This document shows positions 1 through 8,386 of a DNA stretch of 64,000 bases, one piece after another. A program made the translations under genes and the position numbers. The notes under the pieces are model-generated. The model saw nothing but the letters and a program-made list of their open reading frames with translations. It did no database searches and was not told the DNA's origin. Source of the DNA: Candidatus Harrisonbacteria bacterium (GTDB taxonomy: Bacteria > Patescibacteriota > Minisyncoccia > UBA6257 > 02-FULL-45-10c); NCBI GenBank assembly GCA_016214655.1, contig JACROC010000007.1, positions 130,647-194,646 of the forward strand. The letters run 5' to 3'. Numbering within the stretch: position 1 is the first letter of the stretch; each line of letters starts with the position of its first letter.

Positions 1-685
1 GATCATTTTCATAATTAACGATTGATTTTAAGATATTTCTTTTAACGGTTAAAAGCTCAATTTGTTTTTTGTGGATTGTTAATAGAGCGGGCGGAACGGG
101 TAGACTATAGATTTGATTTATGATGTCGGTGTAAATACCGGTGACGGCAATAAAATCATTTAAATTTAGTTCTTCAGAAAAGAACGTAAGAGGGATTTTA
201 TCCGCTCCGGCATTTACTATTTTTTGTAAATTTTGAAAATAGGTATTAAGTGCCGTTTTGTCATCCTCTTTAGAAATTTTTAAATCACTGTCTTTAACAA
301 CTGGCCTCAGGCTTTTCGGATCGAATTTTTGTGCCGCTTCTATTAGCAGGTTTTGCGATAACTCTTCCGGATCCGGGAGGTTAATTTTGTTTTGGCCGTT
401 GATATTCGGGCTGCCTCTGGGGTTAGTTTCTTGAATATTGCCGGCTATCCCTTTAATGAAGGATTCGGTAAAATTTTCTTTGGCTGCTGCGGACAAACTT
501 GACCGGTTATTTTCGGGTGAGGGCGTTTCTAAAAATGGCTTATTGGATACAAGGTTGTTCTGAGGCGACTTATTTTCTGGTGTTTGCGCTATTTTTGTTT
601 CGGTAGAAAGAGAATTTTCTAAAACAAAAAGAAACCCGGCGATAGCGAGTCCGATTATCGCGGAAGCCGTGAATTTTTTGATCAT
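1..685 (-). CDS. Membrane-anchored hypothetical protein, runs off the window edge
   Basis: Read by hand: ATG at 685, MIKKFTASAIIGLAIAGFLFVLEN... with an N-terminal hydrophobic helix; not in the ORF track, presumably because its stop lies outside the window. Confidence 0.6.
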   Translation of the reverse strand, partial: MIKKFTASAIIGLAIAGFLFVLENSLSTETKIAQTPENKSPQNNLVSNKPFLETPSPENNRSSLSAAAKENFTESFIKGIAGNIQETNPRGSPNINGQNKINLPDPEELSQNLLIEAAQKFDPKSLRPVVKDSDLKISKEDDKTALNTYFQNLQKIVNAGADKIPLTFFSEELNLNDFIAVTGIYTDIINQIYSLPVPPALLTIHKKQIELLTVKRNILKSIVNYEND

Positions 686-859
686 TTTTGTACGAGATTT
701 AGCCGGATTGTTGGCTAGATGCATACTCTATTATTATATAGGGTTTTAAGGAGGGGGTACAAATCTAAGGGTGAATAACTGCGGGCTATATAGATAATGT
801 GAAACTATGAATTTATGCGAATGCTGCGAATCTATTTTGTAAGGTGGATAAGCTGTGGA

Positions 860-1645
860 TTAAAACTGGATAAATTTAGCCATTTTCTCTATCTTCTCCA
901 GGCTTAGATCTTGCGGCCTGGATTTCGGGTCAACATTTAGAGGTTTTAGGATATTTTCTGTTTCGATGGCTGATAGATTTAACCCAGTTTTAAGGTTATT
1001 TAAGAGGGTTTTACGGGGTTGTTTGAAGATGATATGAAGCAATTTGTAATAAGTTTTAGGGTTTAGGGTATAGGGTTTAGGGTTGAGTTTTATTACAGCA
1101 GAGTCTATTTTGGGCGGCGGGCGGAAGTCTTTTGGTTTAAGGGTAAAAAGGATTTTTGGTTCTGCCCAGAATTGAACAGTTGCCGCTAATAGGTTCATCC
1201 GCGGCGGTTTTGCAACTATTCTTTCCGCTACCTCTTTTTGAATCATTAAAACAGTTAATTCGGGTTTATTTTCCAGTTCGCTTAGGGTCCGTAAAAGTTT
1301 TCCGGTGATGTAGTAAGGAATGTTGCCCACGACTTTGTAGGGTATAGGGTTTAGCGTATAGGGTTTAGTGATTTTAGGAATTTCTTTTAAAGCATCCCCG
1401 ATTATGATTTTTAAATTTTTGCTATCCCCTAACCCCTCGACCCTAGACCCTAATTGGGGGTCTTTCTCAATCCCGATAACTTTGCAATTTAATTTTCCGC
1501 ATTCTTTCAGGAGCGGAAAGGTTAAGGCGCCTTCTCCGGGGCCGATTTCAATAACTATCTCATTGGGTCCCAAACCTAGGGCCGCCACTATTTTTTTAAT
1601 GGCGGCTTTGTTTACAAGGAAATGCTGACCAAGCCGCTTATTCAT
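860..1645 (-). CDS. rsmA: 16S rRNA adenine dimethyltransferase KsgA/RsmA
   Basis: LGQHFL, EIGPGEG, GNIPYYIT, QKEVAERI, F.PPPK.DS motifs; start taken at MNKRLGQHFL, abutting the pcrA stop. Confidence 0.95.
   Translation of the reverse strand: MNKRLGQHFLVNKAAIKKIVAALGLGPNEIVIEIGPGEGALTFPLLKECGKLNCKVIGIEKDPQLGSRVEGLGDSKNLKIIIGDALKEIPKITKPYTLNPIPYKVVGNIPYYITGKLLRTLSELENKPELTVLMIQKEVAERIVAKPPRMNLLAATVQFWAEPKILFTLKPKDFRPPPKIDSAVIKLNPKPYTLNPKTYYKLLHIIFKQPRKTLLNNLKTGLNLSAIETENILKPLNVDPKSRPQDLSLEKIEKMAKFIQF
1055..1082. repeat. Heptamer array TTTAGGG-TTTAGGG-TATAGGG-TTTAGGG inside rsmA
   Basis: Read directly; encodes the LNPKPYTLNPK segment. Confidence 0.85.
1336..1454. repeat. Inverted pair of heptamer arrays inside rsmA (T[AT]TAGGG-like x5, CCCTANN x4)
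   Basis: 1336-1370 tgtaggg tataggg tttagcg tataggg tttagtg; 1427-1454 ccctaac ccctcga ccctaga ccctaat. Confidence 0.8.
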
Positions 1646-3453
1646 TATTCTATATAAATTGTTTCGTCGTCCCAATCTTTTATCTCTTCACCATAACTTG
1701 ATATTTGCTTGAACTCAATCAGTTCCGGCGGCAGTTCGCCCAAGAATCTGGATGGGAGATCGTAAAAACTGATATGAAGATTATATTTGGCGCGGGTCAT
1801 GGCAACGTACATTAGCCGGCGTTCTTCTTCCAGTTCATCGGCTTTCAACATCGACCTCTCGTGCGGCAGTAACCCGTCGTTCGCGCCAACGATAAATATG
1901 TGGTCAAATTCCAGCCCCTTGGCAAGGTGAATGGTCATCAATTTAATTGCATTTTCTTCTAACTTTGGCCGGCCATCTAAGCTGGACATTAAAGCAACTT
2001 GTTCCAGGAATTCGTGAGCGTCCTGGAAGGTGGCCGCAAAATTAATTAATTCTTTAATGTTTTCCTGGCGTTCCTCTGGGTTTTTAAAATTTTTCTCTAA
2101 ATATTCTAAATAATCCGTATTTTCTAAGAAATAATTAATCAATTGGACTAGCGACAATTCATTGCTGAGGCGCGGCAGGTTTTCCAATAGGACCGCGTTT
2201 TTTGACCGGTTGAAATTTTTGGCCAGGCGTTCAATGCTGGCGGCATCATTCGGGTTAAAGGCGTAGCGGAGGCCGGCAATAATATCTTTAATTTCCTTGC
2301 GTGCGTAAAATTTCAATCCCCCGAAAATTTCATAAGGTATCCGGCTTTGGATTAACGTTTGTTCAATGGCGCGCGATTGCGCGTTGGTCCGGTAAAGAAT
2401 AGCGATATTTTTAAGCGATTCCCCGTTTTTCAATATTTCCGAAATTTTTTCCGCAATGCCCCAGGCCTCTTCTTCGTTATTCTGATAAGCTGTCAGATAA
2501 ATCGGCGAACCCTCCTGATTGTTGGTCCAAAGGGCTTTGGGTTTTTGGAATTTGTTATTCTTGATCAATTCAGAGGCGGCGCGGATGATGTTTTTGGTGG
2601 AGCGGTAATTTTCTTCCAGTTTAATAATGGCGGCGTTTTGCCAATCTTTTTCAAAGTTCAGGAAATTCCGGAAATCCGATCCCCTGAATGCGTAAATACT
2701 CTGCGCATCGTCGCCGATAACAAAAAGATTTTTATGTTTTTGCGCCAGCAGTTTTATTAAGAGATACTGGCTGGTATTTACGTCCTGGTATTCATCCACC
2801 AGAATTTGCTGCCAAGAGTTCTGATATTTTTCTAGCATTGCGGGATGAGTCTGGAAAATTTTAACCACTTTCTCAATCAGATCATCAAAATCAAAAGCAT
2901 TGCTTTTTTTAAGCAACTCCCCATATTTTTGGAAAACCGCCAGTATAATCTGTTCATAGCGGTCTCCGGATCCCAGTTCTCCGGCATCCAGAAGCTCATT
3001 TTTTATTTTGGAAATTTTGGCCATTACAGCAAGGGGATTAAATCGATCCTTAGATAGATTCATTTCCTCTAGAATTTTTTTAACCAGACTCAGGGAATCA
3101 TCCTCGTCAAAGATGGTAAAATTTCTCGTTCGTCCGACCAGTTTAGCCTCTTGTTTTAAAATTTGGACACCCAGGGAATGAAAAGTACCGATGAATGGCA
3201 TTCCATTATTCATTATTCCTGATTCATTATTCATAATTCTTGATTTCATTTCTTTCGCCGCCTTATTAGTAAATGTAACCGCAACGATATTTTCTGGTTT
3301 GATTCCGGATTTGAGTAAATATATCAGGCGGCTGGTCAGGGTCCGGGTTTTGCCGGAGCCGGCTCCGGCGGCAATTAAAAGAGGACCATTTCCGTGCGTG
3401 ACGGCTTTTCGCTGTACCTCGTTTAAATCTTTAAATAGATTTTTATCGGACAT
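1645..3453 (-). CDS. pcrA: UvrD/PcrA family ATP-dependent DNA helicase
   Basis: AGAGSGKT, TFTNKAA, VDEYQD, GDDAQSIYAFRG, NYRST, MTIHLAKGLEF, EERRLMYVAMTRA. Confidence 0.95.
   Translation of the reverse strand: MSDKNLFKDLNEVQRKAVTHGNGPLLIAAGAGSGKTRTLTSRLIYLLKSGIKPENIVAVTFTNKAAKEMKSRIMNNESGIMNNGMPFIGTFHSLGVQILKQEAKLVGRTRNFTIFDEDDSLSLVKKILEEMNLSKDRFNPLAVMAKISKIKNELLDAGELGSGDRYEQIILAVFQKYGELLKKSNAFDFDDLIEKVVKIFQTHPAMLEKYQNSWQQILVDEYQDVNTSQYLLIKLLAQKHKNLFVIGDDAQSIYAFRGSDFRNFLNFEKDWQNAAIIKLEENYRSTKNIIRAASELIKNNKFQKPKALWTNNQEGSPIYLTAYQNNEEEAWGIAEKISEILKNGESLKNIAILYRTNAQSRAIEQTLIQSRIPYEIFGGLKFYARKEIKDIIAGLRYAFNPNDAASIERLAKNFNRSKNAVLLENLPRLSNELSLVQLINYFLENTDYLEYLEKNFKNPEERQENIKELINFAATFQDAHEFLEQVALMSSLDGRPKLEENAIKLMTIHLAKGLEFDHIFIVGANDGLLPHERSMLKADELEEERRLMYVAMTRAKYNLHISFYDLPSRFLGELPPELIEFKQISSYGEEIKDWDDETIYIE
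3204..3245. repeat. Six-unit heptamer array (CATTATT consensus) inside pcrA
   Basis: cattatt cattatt cctgatt cattatt cataatt cttgatt = 42 bp; encodes SRIMNNESGIMNNG. Confidence 0.8.
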
Positions 3454-3457
3454 AGTT

Positions 3458-3581
3458 AAGTTCTAAGCACTAAACTCTAAACAATATTAAAATTCAAAGT
3501 ATCAAAATCTAAAACGTTTTATATTTAATATTTTAGATATTTGGATTTATTTAGGATTTAGATATTAGAGTTTTGGATTTT
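3458..3581. repeat. Intergenic inverted pair of degenerate period-7 arrays (CTAAA.. / ..TTTAG, TTTGG)
   Basis: ttctaagcactaaactctaaaca...ttttagatatttggatttatttaggatttagatattagagttttggattt. Confidence 0.7.
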
Positions 3582-3658
3582 ATAGCATAAAAGGAATTTT
3601 TATGCTATGTTAATGTATTATTACTATTCTAAGCAACCAACTTAATAGGATAAAGATC

Positions 3659-4690
3659 TTGTTACTGGATTTCTTGAAAGATTGGACAACCGCGATGACG
3701 GTTGTTTTTATTGCGGCCATGTCTGTATTTAATGTACTCTTTCTGGCTTACCTTAATCAATCCGGGGGATCGCCGAAAGATTTTTTAAGCAGGTCGCTGG
3801 ATTTTTGGGGCGCCGATTTTTTACAGGAAGTTTCTATTTATTCCGGTTTTGCCTCGGCTGAGGGCATAGGTTCGGTGGATATTGGTTTCGCTCCCGAAGG
3901 AAGAGAGACCAGATTTATTATTGTTGATAGCGCGGCGCTTTTAAATACCAATAATCCGATTAGTAATGTAGTGCCGACCCGTGAGGGCCTGATGATTTAT
4001 AAAGTCCAAAAAGGCGACAATCTTTCCAAGATTGCGGCTAATTTCGGAATTTCTTTAAATACCATTTTATGGGCGAATGAAAATTTGAAATCCCAATTAT
4101 TGCAGGCCGGGCAAGAGATTGTGATTTTGCCAGTGACCGGCGTACTGCACCGGGTTCAGGATGAAGAAACTTTGGAATCCATCTCCAATCAATATAATGT
4201 CCCGATTGAAAGAATTTTAAATGCCAATCCGACTTTGATACCGGCGAAACTTTCAGCCGGATTTACGATTATTATTCCAGATACCCGTCCGATGCGGAGC
4301 AGCCGGTTGGCGGGAGTTTCCAGTTTGCCGAGTATTCCGGGATATTTTTCCATACCGACTACCGGCTGGAATTGGGGGCAGCTGCATAATAATAACGCGG
4401 TGGACATTGCCAATGCCTGCGGTACGCCGATTTACGCGGCGGCCGAAGGTTTGGTGGTGGAGGCAGCCAGCGGCTGGAACGATGGATATGGAAACTATAT
4501 TTTAATTGAGCATCCGAATAATACCCAGACTAAATATGCGCATAATTCTAAAAATTTAGTTGCAGTCGGAGATTATGTGGTAAAAGGAGATTCAATTGCG
4601 ATTATTGGAAATACCGGCTTAACTCACGGACCAACCGGGTGCCATTTACACTTCGAAGTAAAAGGCGCCAGAAATCCCTTTGTTAAGTAA
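3659..4690 (+). CDS. LysM / peptidase M23 cell-wall endopeptidase
   Basis: N-terminal TM helix, two LysM-like repeats (YKVQKGDNLSKIA; HRVQDEETLESIS), HNNNAVD and HLHFEV M23 motifs; start uncertain. Confidence 0.9.
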   Translation: MLLDFLKDWTTAMTVVFIAAMSVFNVLFLAYLNQSGGSPKDFLSRSLDFWGADFLQEVSIYSGFASAEGIGSVDIGFAPEGRETRFIIVDSAALLNTNNPISNVVPTREGLMIYKVQKGDNLSKIAANFGISLNTILWANENLKSQLLQAGQEIVILPVTGVLHRVQDEETLESISNQYNVPIERILNANPTLIPAKLSAGFTIIIPDTRPMRSSRLAGVSSLPSIPGYFSIPTTGWNWGQLHNNNAVDIANACGTPIYAAAEGLVVEAASGWNDGYGNYILIEHPNNTQTKYAHNSKNLVAVGDYVVKGDSIAIIGNTGLTHGPTGCHLHFEVKGARNPFVK

Positions 4691-4750
4691 AATTTTATTT
4701 AATTAAAAAAAGAAGGCCCCATTGCGCACGCGCGCCTTGGGGCCTTTGAA

Positions 4751-6214
4751 TTATAGCTTAATCTTCTGCATGTGTTTGCCGTGAAAGACCGGGATATTCT
4801 GGTTCAGAGCCTGAACTCTTCGCTGGAATCCGGCGACGTTTTCCGCGTCGCCGTGATGAGCGATTATCGCTTCTACCAGGCAGAGCTCGCTCAGAAGTCG
4901 GACGCGCTCCACTAGTTTGTCGGCGGTGTCATGACCGGAAAGGCCGAACCGATAAACTTCGCAGCTCACCGGAACCGGCTTATCCACCTCTCGGCGCTTT
5001 TCTGAATCCCAAGTCCGTAACTTGACGGTGTCGCCCTTCTTCACTTTCAGCACAGCTTCGCCAATGCTGCCGGGGAACATGTAGCCAGTGAAGACTACCA
5101 GTCCCTTGCGATTCGGCAGAATATGCTCAGCGTGCTTGACGCTCATCCCTTTATCCATCATGGCAGAAGAGCTGATGATCGGCGAATAATTGATTCCGCA
5201 ACAGCTTCCTGAATCAGTTGCCAGACGGTGGCTTGCTTCGAGCTGATGCTCTTCAGGCAAGCTGTTCTTGTCCAGTTTCCGGTACAGGATCGCCATTTTA
5301 TTTTCGATCAGCTGATCAATTTCCAGCTTGATATCCTGTTCGCACCAGCGATAAGTATCTTGGGAATGAAGCAGGCAGAATTCCCGAGCCATTCCATCGA
5401 TATGCGTCGCGATGCCAAGGTCGCTCAGTTCCTTGACCAGGTTCGGGGCTCGGTCGGAAAATGAAGGCAGGAGGATTTGGTGCCGCTCCTGAATCATTTT
5501 CTTTACGAATCCGCCGAACTCTGACCAGAGCTCATTAAATGACTTTGGCATTTCGCGGTCGCCATAAGTTGCTTCCGTAATCATGACGATCTGCTTGCCA
5601 TCCAGGCGATTTCCGAAGAATTCGCGCGGAGGAAGCATTACGCCTTTGATGATCGGCTGGTCATGCGAACAGATGTCGCCGGTGATGAAATAAGCCGGGC
5701 CTTCCGGCGGAATGATGAAAATCATCATTGCTCCGCGTGTATGGCCGGCAGAATAAAATCCAAATGACCAGCCGGGCCAGATTTCGTACCAGCCAGGCTT
5801 GCCGATCGGATTGGTTCTTTGGAATAAATTCAAGATATCAGTTTGCGAATAAACGAATGGAGTCGGAGAGCCGCCGGCGCGCCGGACAGCTTTCTGCTCT
5901 GTTTCATAGATTTTCAGAGAATCTTTCAGCATGATTTCCGCGCCCATTGCCGTCGGCCGGGTCATGACGACCATAGCTTTGGGATTGTTGTGGACCAATG
6001 CCGGAAGATTTCCAGAGTGGTCCAGATGATGATGACTAAGCAGAATGAGATCGAGCTTGCCATCGTATTCGGTTTTGGCTGGGAAATAATTTCCGCCTAA
6101 TTTTGCATCGCGGATTCCCATTCCGGAATCAATCGCGATATATTTACCGCAGATATACTGAATATGCCCCGTTGCTCCCGGAGTTATCAACTGTTCGCCT
6201 GCCTGTATGTACAC
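4751..6214 (-). CDS. Metallo-beta-lactamase beta-CASP (Ysh1/RNase J-like) nuclease
   Basis: SHHHLDH, AGHT, TGD, EATYG, SGH, HHG motifs; GTG start with AAGGAGG. Confidence 0.85.
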   Translation of the reverse strand: MYIQAGEQLITPGATGHIQYICGKYIAIDSGMGIRDAKLGGNYFPAKTEYDGKLDLILLSHHHLDHSGNLPALVHNNPKAMVVMTRPTAMGAEIMLKDSLKIYETEQKAVRRAGGSPTPFVYSQTDILNLFQRTNPIGKPGWYEIWPGWSFGFYSAGHTRGAMMIFIIPPEGPAYFITGDICSHDQPIIKGVMLPPREFFGNRLDGKQIVMITEATYGDREMPKSFNELWSEFGGFVKKMIQERHQILLPSFSDRAPNLVKELSDLGIATHIDGMAREFCLLHSQDTYRWCEQDIKLEIDQLIENKMAILYRKLDKNSLPEEHQLEASHRLATDSGSCCGINYSPIISSSAMMDKGMSVKHAEHILPNRKGLVVFTGYMFPGSIGEAVLKVKKGDTVKLRTWDSEKRREVDKPVPVSCEVYRFGLSGHDTADKLVERVRLLSELCLVEAIIAHHGDAENVAGFQRRVQALNQNIPVFHGKHMQKIKL

Positions 6215-6397
6215 CTTGCCCTCCTTTTGTTCTTTTTACAAAGAACTCATCCCTCACTTCTATAGAACCAATCGGTCCTTAATTCTTTATATCCACTTTT
6301 ATAAATAGTGACTTTCTTACTTGGTCAACATATTCACAACTTTTTCCAAATTTATAAAAGTGAGGGATAAATTCTCTGTTTTTAGTTTTAAAAAATG

Positions 6398-6443
6398 AGC
6401 CCAGGGCCCGTGCATCCTTCCGGATGCACGGGCTCCCGGGCTT
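6398..6443 (-). terminator. GC-rich hairpin terminator after 6448-7245
   Basis: gcccgtgcatcc-ttcc-ggatgcacgggc stem followed by a T-run on the minus strand. Confidence 0.7.
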
Positions 6444-6447
6444 ACTG

Positions 6448-7245
6448 TTAGCGGCGGTTGCCGCCCTTCTTCTTGCTGCCCGTTCCCGTCTGGGAGGCGG
6501 GAACCGCGGCAGGCACGGCTGGCGCCGGCGTCACGGCAGGCGTCGCGCTCGCGACGCTTTCCTTGAGCTGGTCCGCCGCTCCCGCAGGGAGCATCTGACC
6601 CAGCGTCACCGGTTTCGGACCACTGGCCCGCTCCTCGAGCCAGTCCCGAGGCGTCGCATCCTTCAGCTCGCGGTACAGCTTGCGGAACGACCCCGTGCTG
6701 AGCTGGACCGCCGGGGAGTTCTTCTTGTCGCCCCGGAACCGAACTTCCTTGTCCAGCCGTTCGAGGACGTCTTTCACGGCTCTCGCGTTCAGCCCGTGCT
6801 CGGGCTTGTAGTGGACCGCCGCCGCCGCGGGGATGAACTTCACCGTGGTGCGGATGCGCGAGTTGACGATCTTCATTCGATCGTCCTGGCACTCCTCCTC
6901 GGTCTTGAGGATGAAGGCGTGCTTCAGGGCGATGAGGCCGCGGGAGTACCGGTCCGAGAACTCCTTGTCCCACTGCCGCTTACCCTCTTCCCCGCTCATT
7001 GCGAGGATGAAGCCCACCTTCTGCATGTGCGAGGAGCACTCTCGGGCCTGGTCCGGCGTCCAGACGGAGACCGCCGTGCGCAGCTTGTCCGCTGCCGTGT
7101 CGTTCGCCTCACTGAGTGCGCCGAGCTCGGCTACGGGCTTGTTCTCCCGCTTGGCCTTGGCCAGGGCGCTGTACGCATCCGAGGCCGCCAGCGCGAGGTC
7201 GATCACCGCACGGTACTTCTGTTCCAGCTCCATCATTTTGTCCAT
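6448..7245 (-). CDS. Hypothetical protein, GC-rich
   Basis: 265 aa ORF with AAGGAG SD, own promoter and terminator; G/C-biased third positions support this frame. Confidence 0.75.
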   Translation of the reverse strand: MDKMMELEQKYRAVIDLALAASDAYSALAKAKRENKPVAELGALSEANDTAADKLRTAVSVWTPDQARECSSHMQKVGFILAMSGEEGKRQWDKEFSDRYSRGLIALKHAFILKTEEECQDDRMKIVNSRIRTTVKFIPAAAAVHYKPEHGLNARAVKDVLERLDKEVRFRGDKKNSPAVQLSTGSFRKLYRELKDATPRDWLEERASGPKPVTLGQMLPAGAADQLKESVASATPAVTPAPAVPAAVPASQTGTGSKKKGGNRR

Positions 7246-7321
7246 GGTCTTCTTCTCCTTCCCCTTCTGGGGAAACGATCTGCTTTTTGATGTTGTACAA
7301 GGTACTGACTTTCGTAATTAA

Positions 7322-7350
7322 ATACTAGCATAAAAAAAGACCCTTGTCAA
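7322..7350 (-). promoter_or_regulatory. Sigma70-type promoter TTGACA-N17-TAGTAT
   Basis: Perfect -35, 17 bp spacer, TG at the extended -10 position. Confidence 0.7.
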
Positions 7351-7390
7351 TACCCTTTTTGGGGTTTAGTGACAAGGGTCCATGGATGGA

Positions 7391-8071
7391 TTATCGCGGA
7401 AAAGTGGGGAAATTATTAAGTTCCGGCGGCACATTGCCGGCGCTGACCAGACTTACCGTGATGATTCCGCAGCTGCTTTCCAGTGCGGCGTCGATTTTGA
7501 GATATCCGAATTCTAAATTCTTTTCTGAAGGAACCACATTTAATCGGTATTTTACATAAAGCGGATTCCAGACCTCGGTTCTGGAAAAGAAATCCAGGTT
7601 TATGTAGCCAATCGGACTCTTCGGATCTTCGTCTTGGTGCTTGATGAAAAACGGACCATTCTCCGGATATTCCGGGAAAATCGTGAAGCGCTGACAGACT
7701 AATCCTTGAACGGATGCATCCGGCGTTTGCTTGAGATTGAGGCGCTGGAAAAGTTTGGTCAGGCCATCAGGCAACGCCGAGAAAGTGATGCGGAGCGTTG
7801 CACTTGAATTTAAAAGAAAAATTTCTTTTAAGAGGTCGGGATTGTTGGCTTCAGCAGTATGGACTAAGCTAACGGTTTGTGCTGTCGGATGTCCGGGAAT
7901 TCTCAACATGAAATGATCCCGAAGAGCCGGAGTTTCAGCAAAGAGCTTTCCGTAATCCCCGCCTAGGTAGGCGGAAAGTTCGTCCCTTCGGACCGTGGTT
8001 TCCAGGCCGACGCTCAATCCTCCTCCGAGAATGCCGGTGAAGCGAGTCAACTGCTTGACGGTGGTTTTCAC
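7391..8071 (-). CDS. Hypothetical protein
   Basis: 226 aa, GTG start, AAGGAGG SD, upstream TTTACA...TATACT. Confidence 0.7.
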   Translation of the reverse strand: MKTTVKQLTRFTGILGGGLSVGLETTVRRDELSAYLGGDYGKLFAETPALRDHFMLRIPGHPTAQTVSLVHTAEANNPDLLKEIFLLNSSATLRITFSALPDGLTKLFQRLNLKQTPDASVQGLVCQRFTIFPEYPENGPFFIKHQDEDPKSPIGYINLDFFSRTEVWNPLYVKYRLNVVPSEKNLEFGYLKIDAALESSCGIITVSLVSAGNVPPELNNFPTFPR

Positions 8072-8146
8072 ATTTTCCTCCTTTTTACGGATTTTCGAAG
8101 AACTTGAGTCTGGCTATAGTATATAACAAAATTGGTTAATTGTAAA

Positions 8147-8294
8147 GAGCTCACTACCTATCTGTCTACCGGCACCGGAGTCCGTCCCGTCCAGCGCGGG
8201 ACGGCTCCTACGCCTCACCCCGAAAATTTTCGTTTCGCGAAAAACCAATCTTTTCGGGGTTCCGTAGTTGCCGCACGACAGATAGGTAGTTCAC
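8147..8294. repeat. Structured multi-stem repeat, copy 1
   Basis: Homologous to 32584-32726 and 33810-33953; closing stem ctacctatctgtc/gacagataggtag. Confidence 0.8.
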
Positions 8295-8339
8295 CTTTAA
8301 ATTTGTTTGGGGGTAAGGGTGAATTCCGCTCAATAAAAA

Positions 8340-8363
8340 ATCCGCATACACGTGTATGCGGAA
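8340..8363. terminator. Hairpin downstream of the SPFH gene
   Basis: tccgcatacacgtgtatgcgga palindrome with a T-run on the minus strand. Confidence 0.6.
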
Positions 8364-8386
8364 TAGTTAATTACTAAAGTACTAAT

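Noticed and set aside
770-862. DnaA-box-like sequences (ggtgaataa, ggtggataa, tgtggatta) as oriC
   Set aside because: Each has a mismatch, only three are present, and there is no dnaA/dnaN context in the window.
1055-1082. TTTAGGG as eukaryotic telomere contamination
   Set aside because: Only four or five degenerate units, in frame within a bacterial gene, and other arrays use different heptamers.
6317-7328. Long overlapping ORFs (6424-7290 +, 6317-6973 -, 6833-7321 +)
   Set aside because: Shadow ORFs expected in GC-rich DNA; only 6448-7245 has SD, promoter, terminator and normal composition.
8132-8377. 81-aa ORF across the structured repeat
   Set aside because: TTG start without SD; the other copies conserve base pairing, and I saw no sign of a conserved reading frame.
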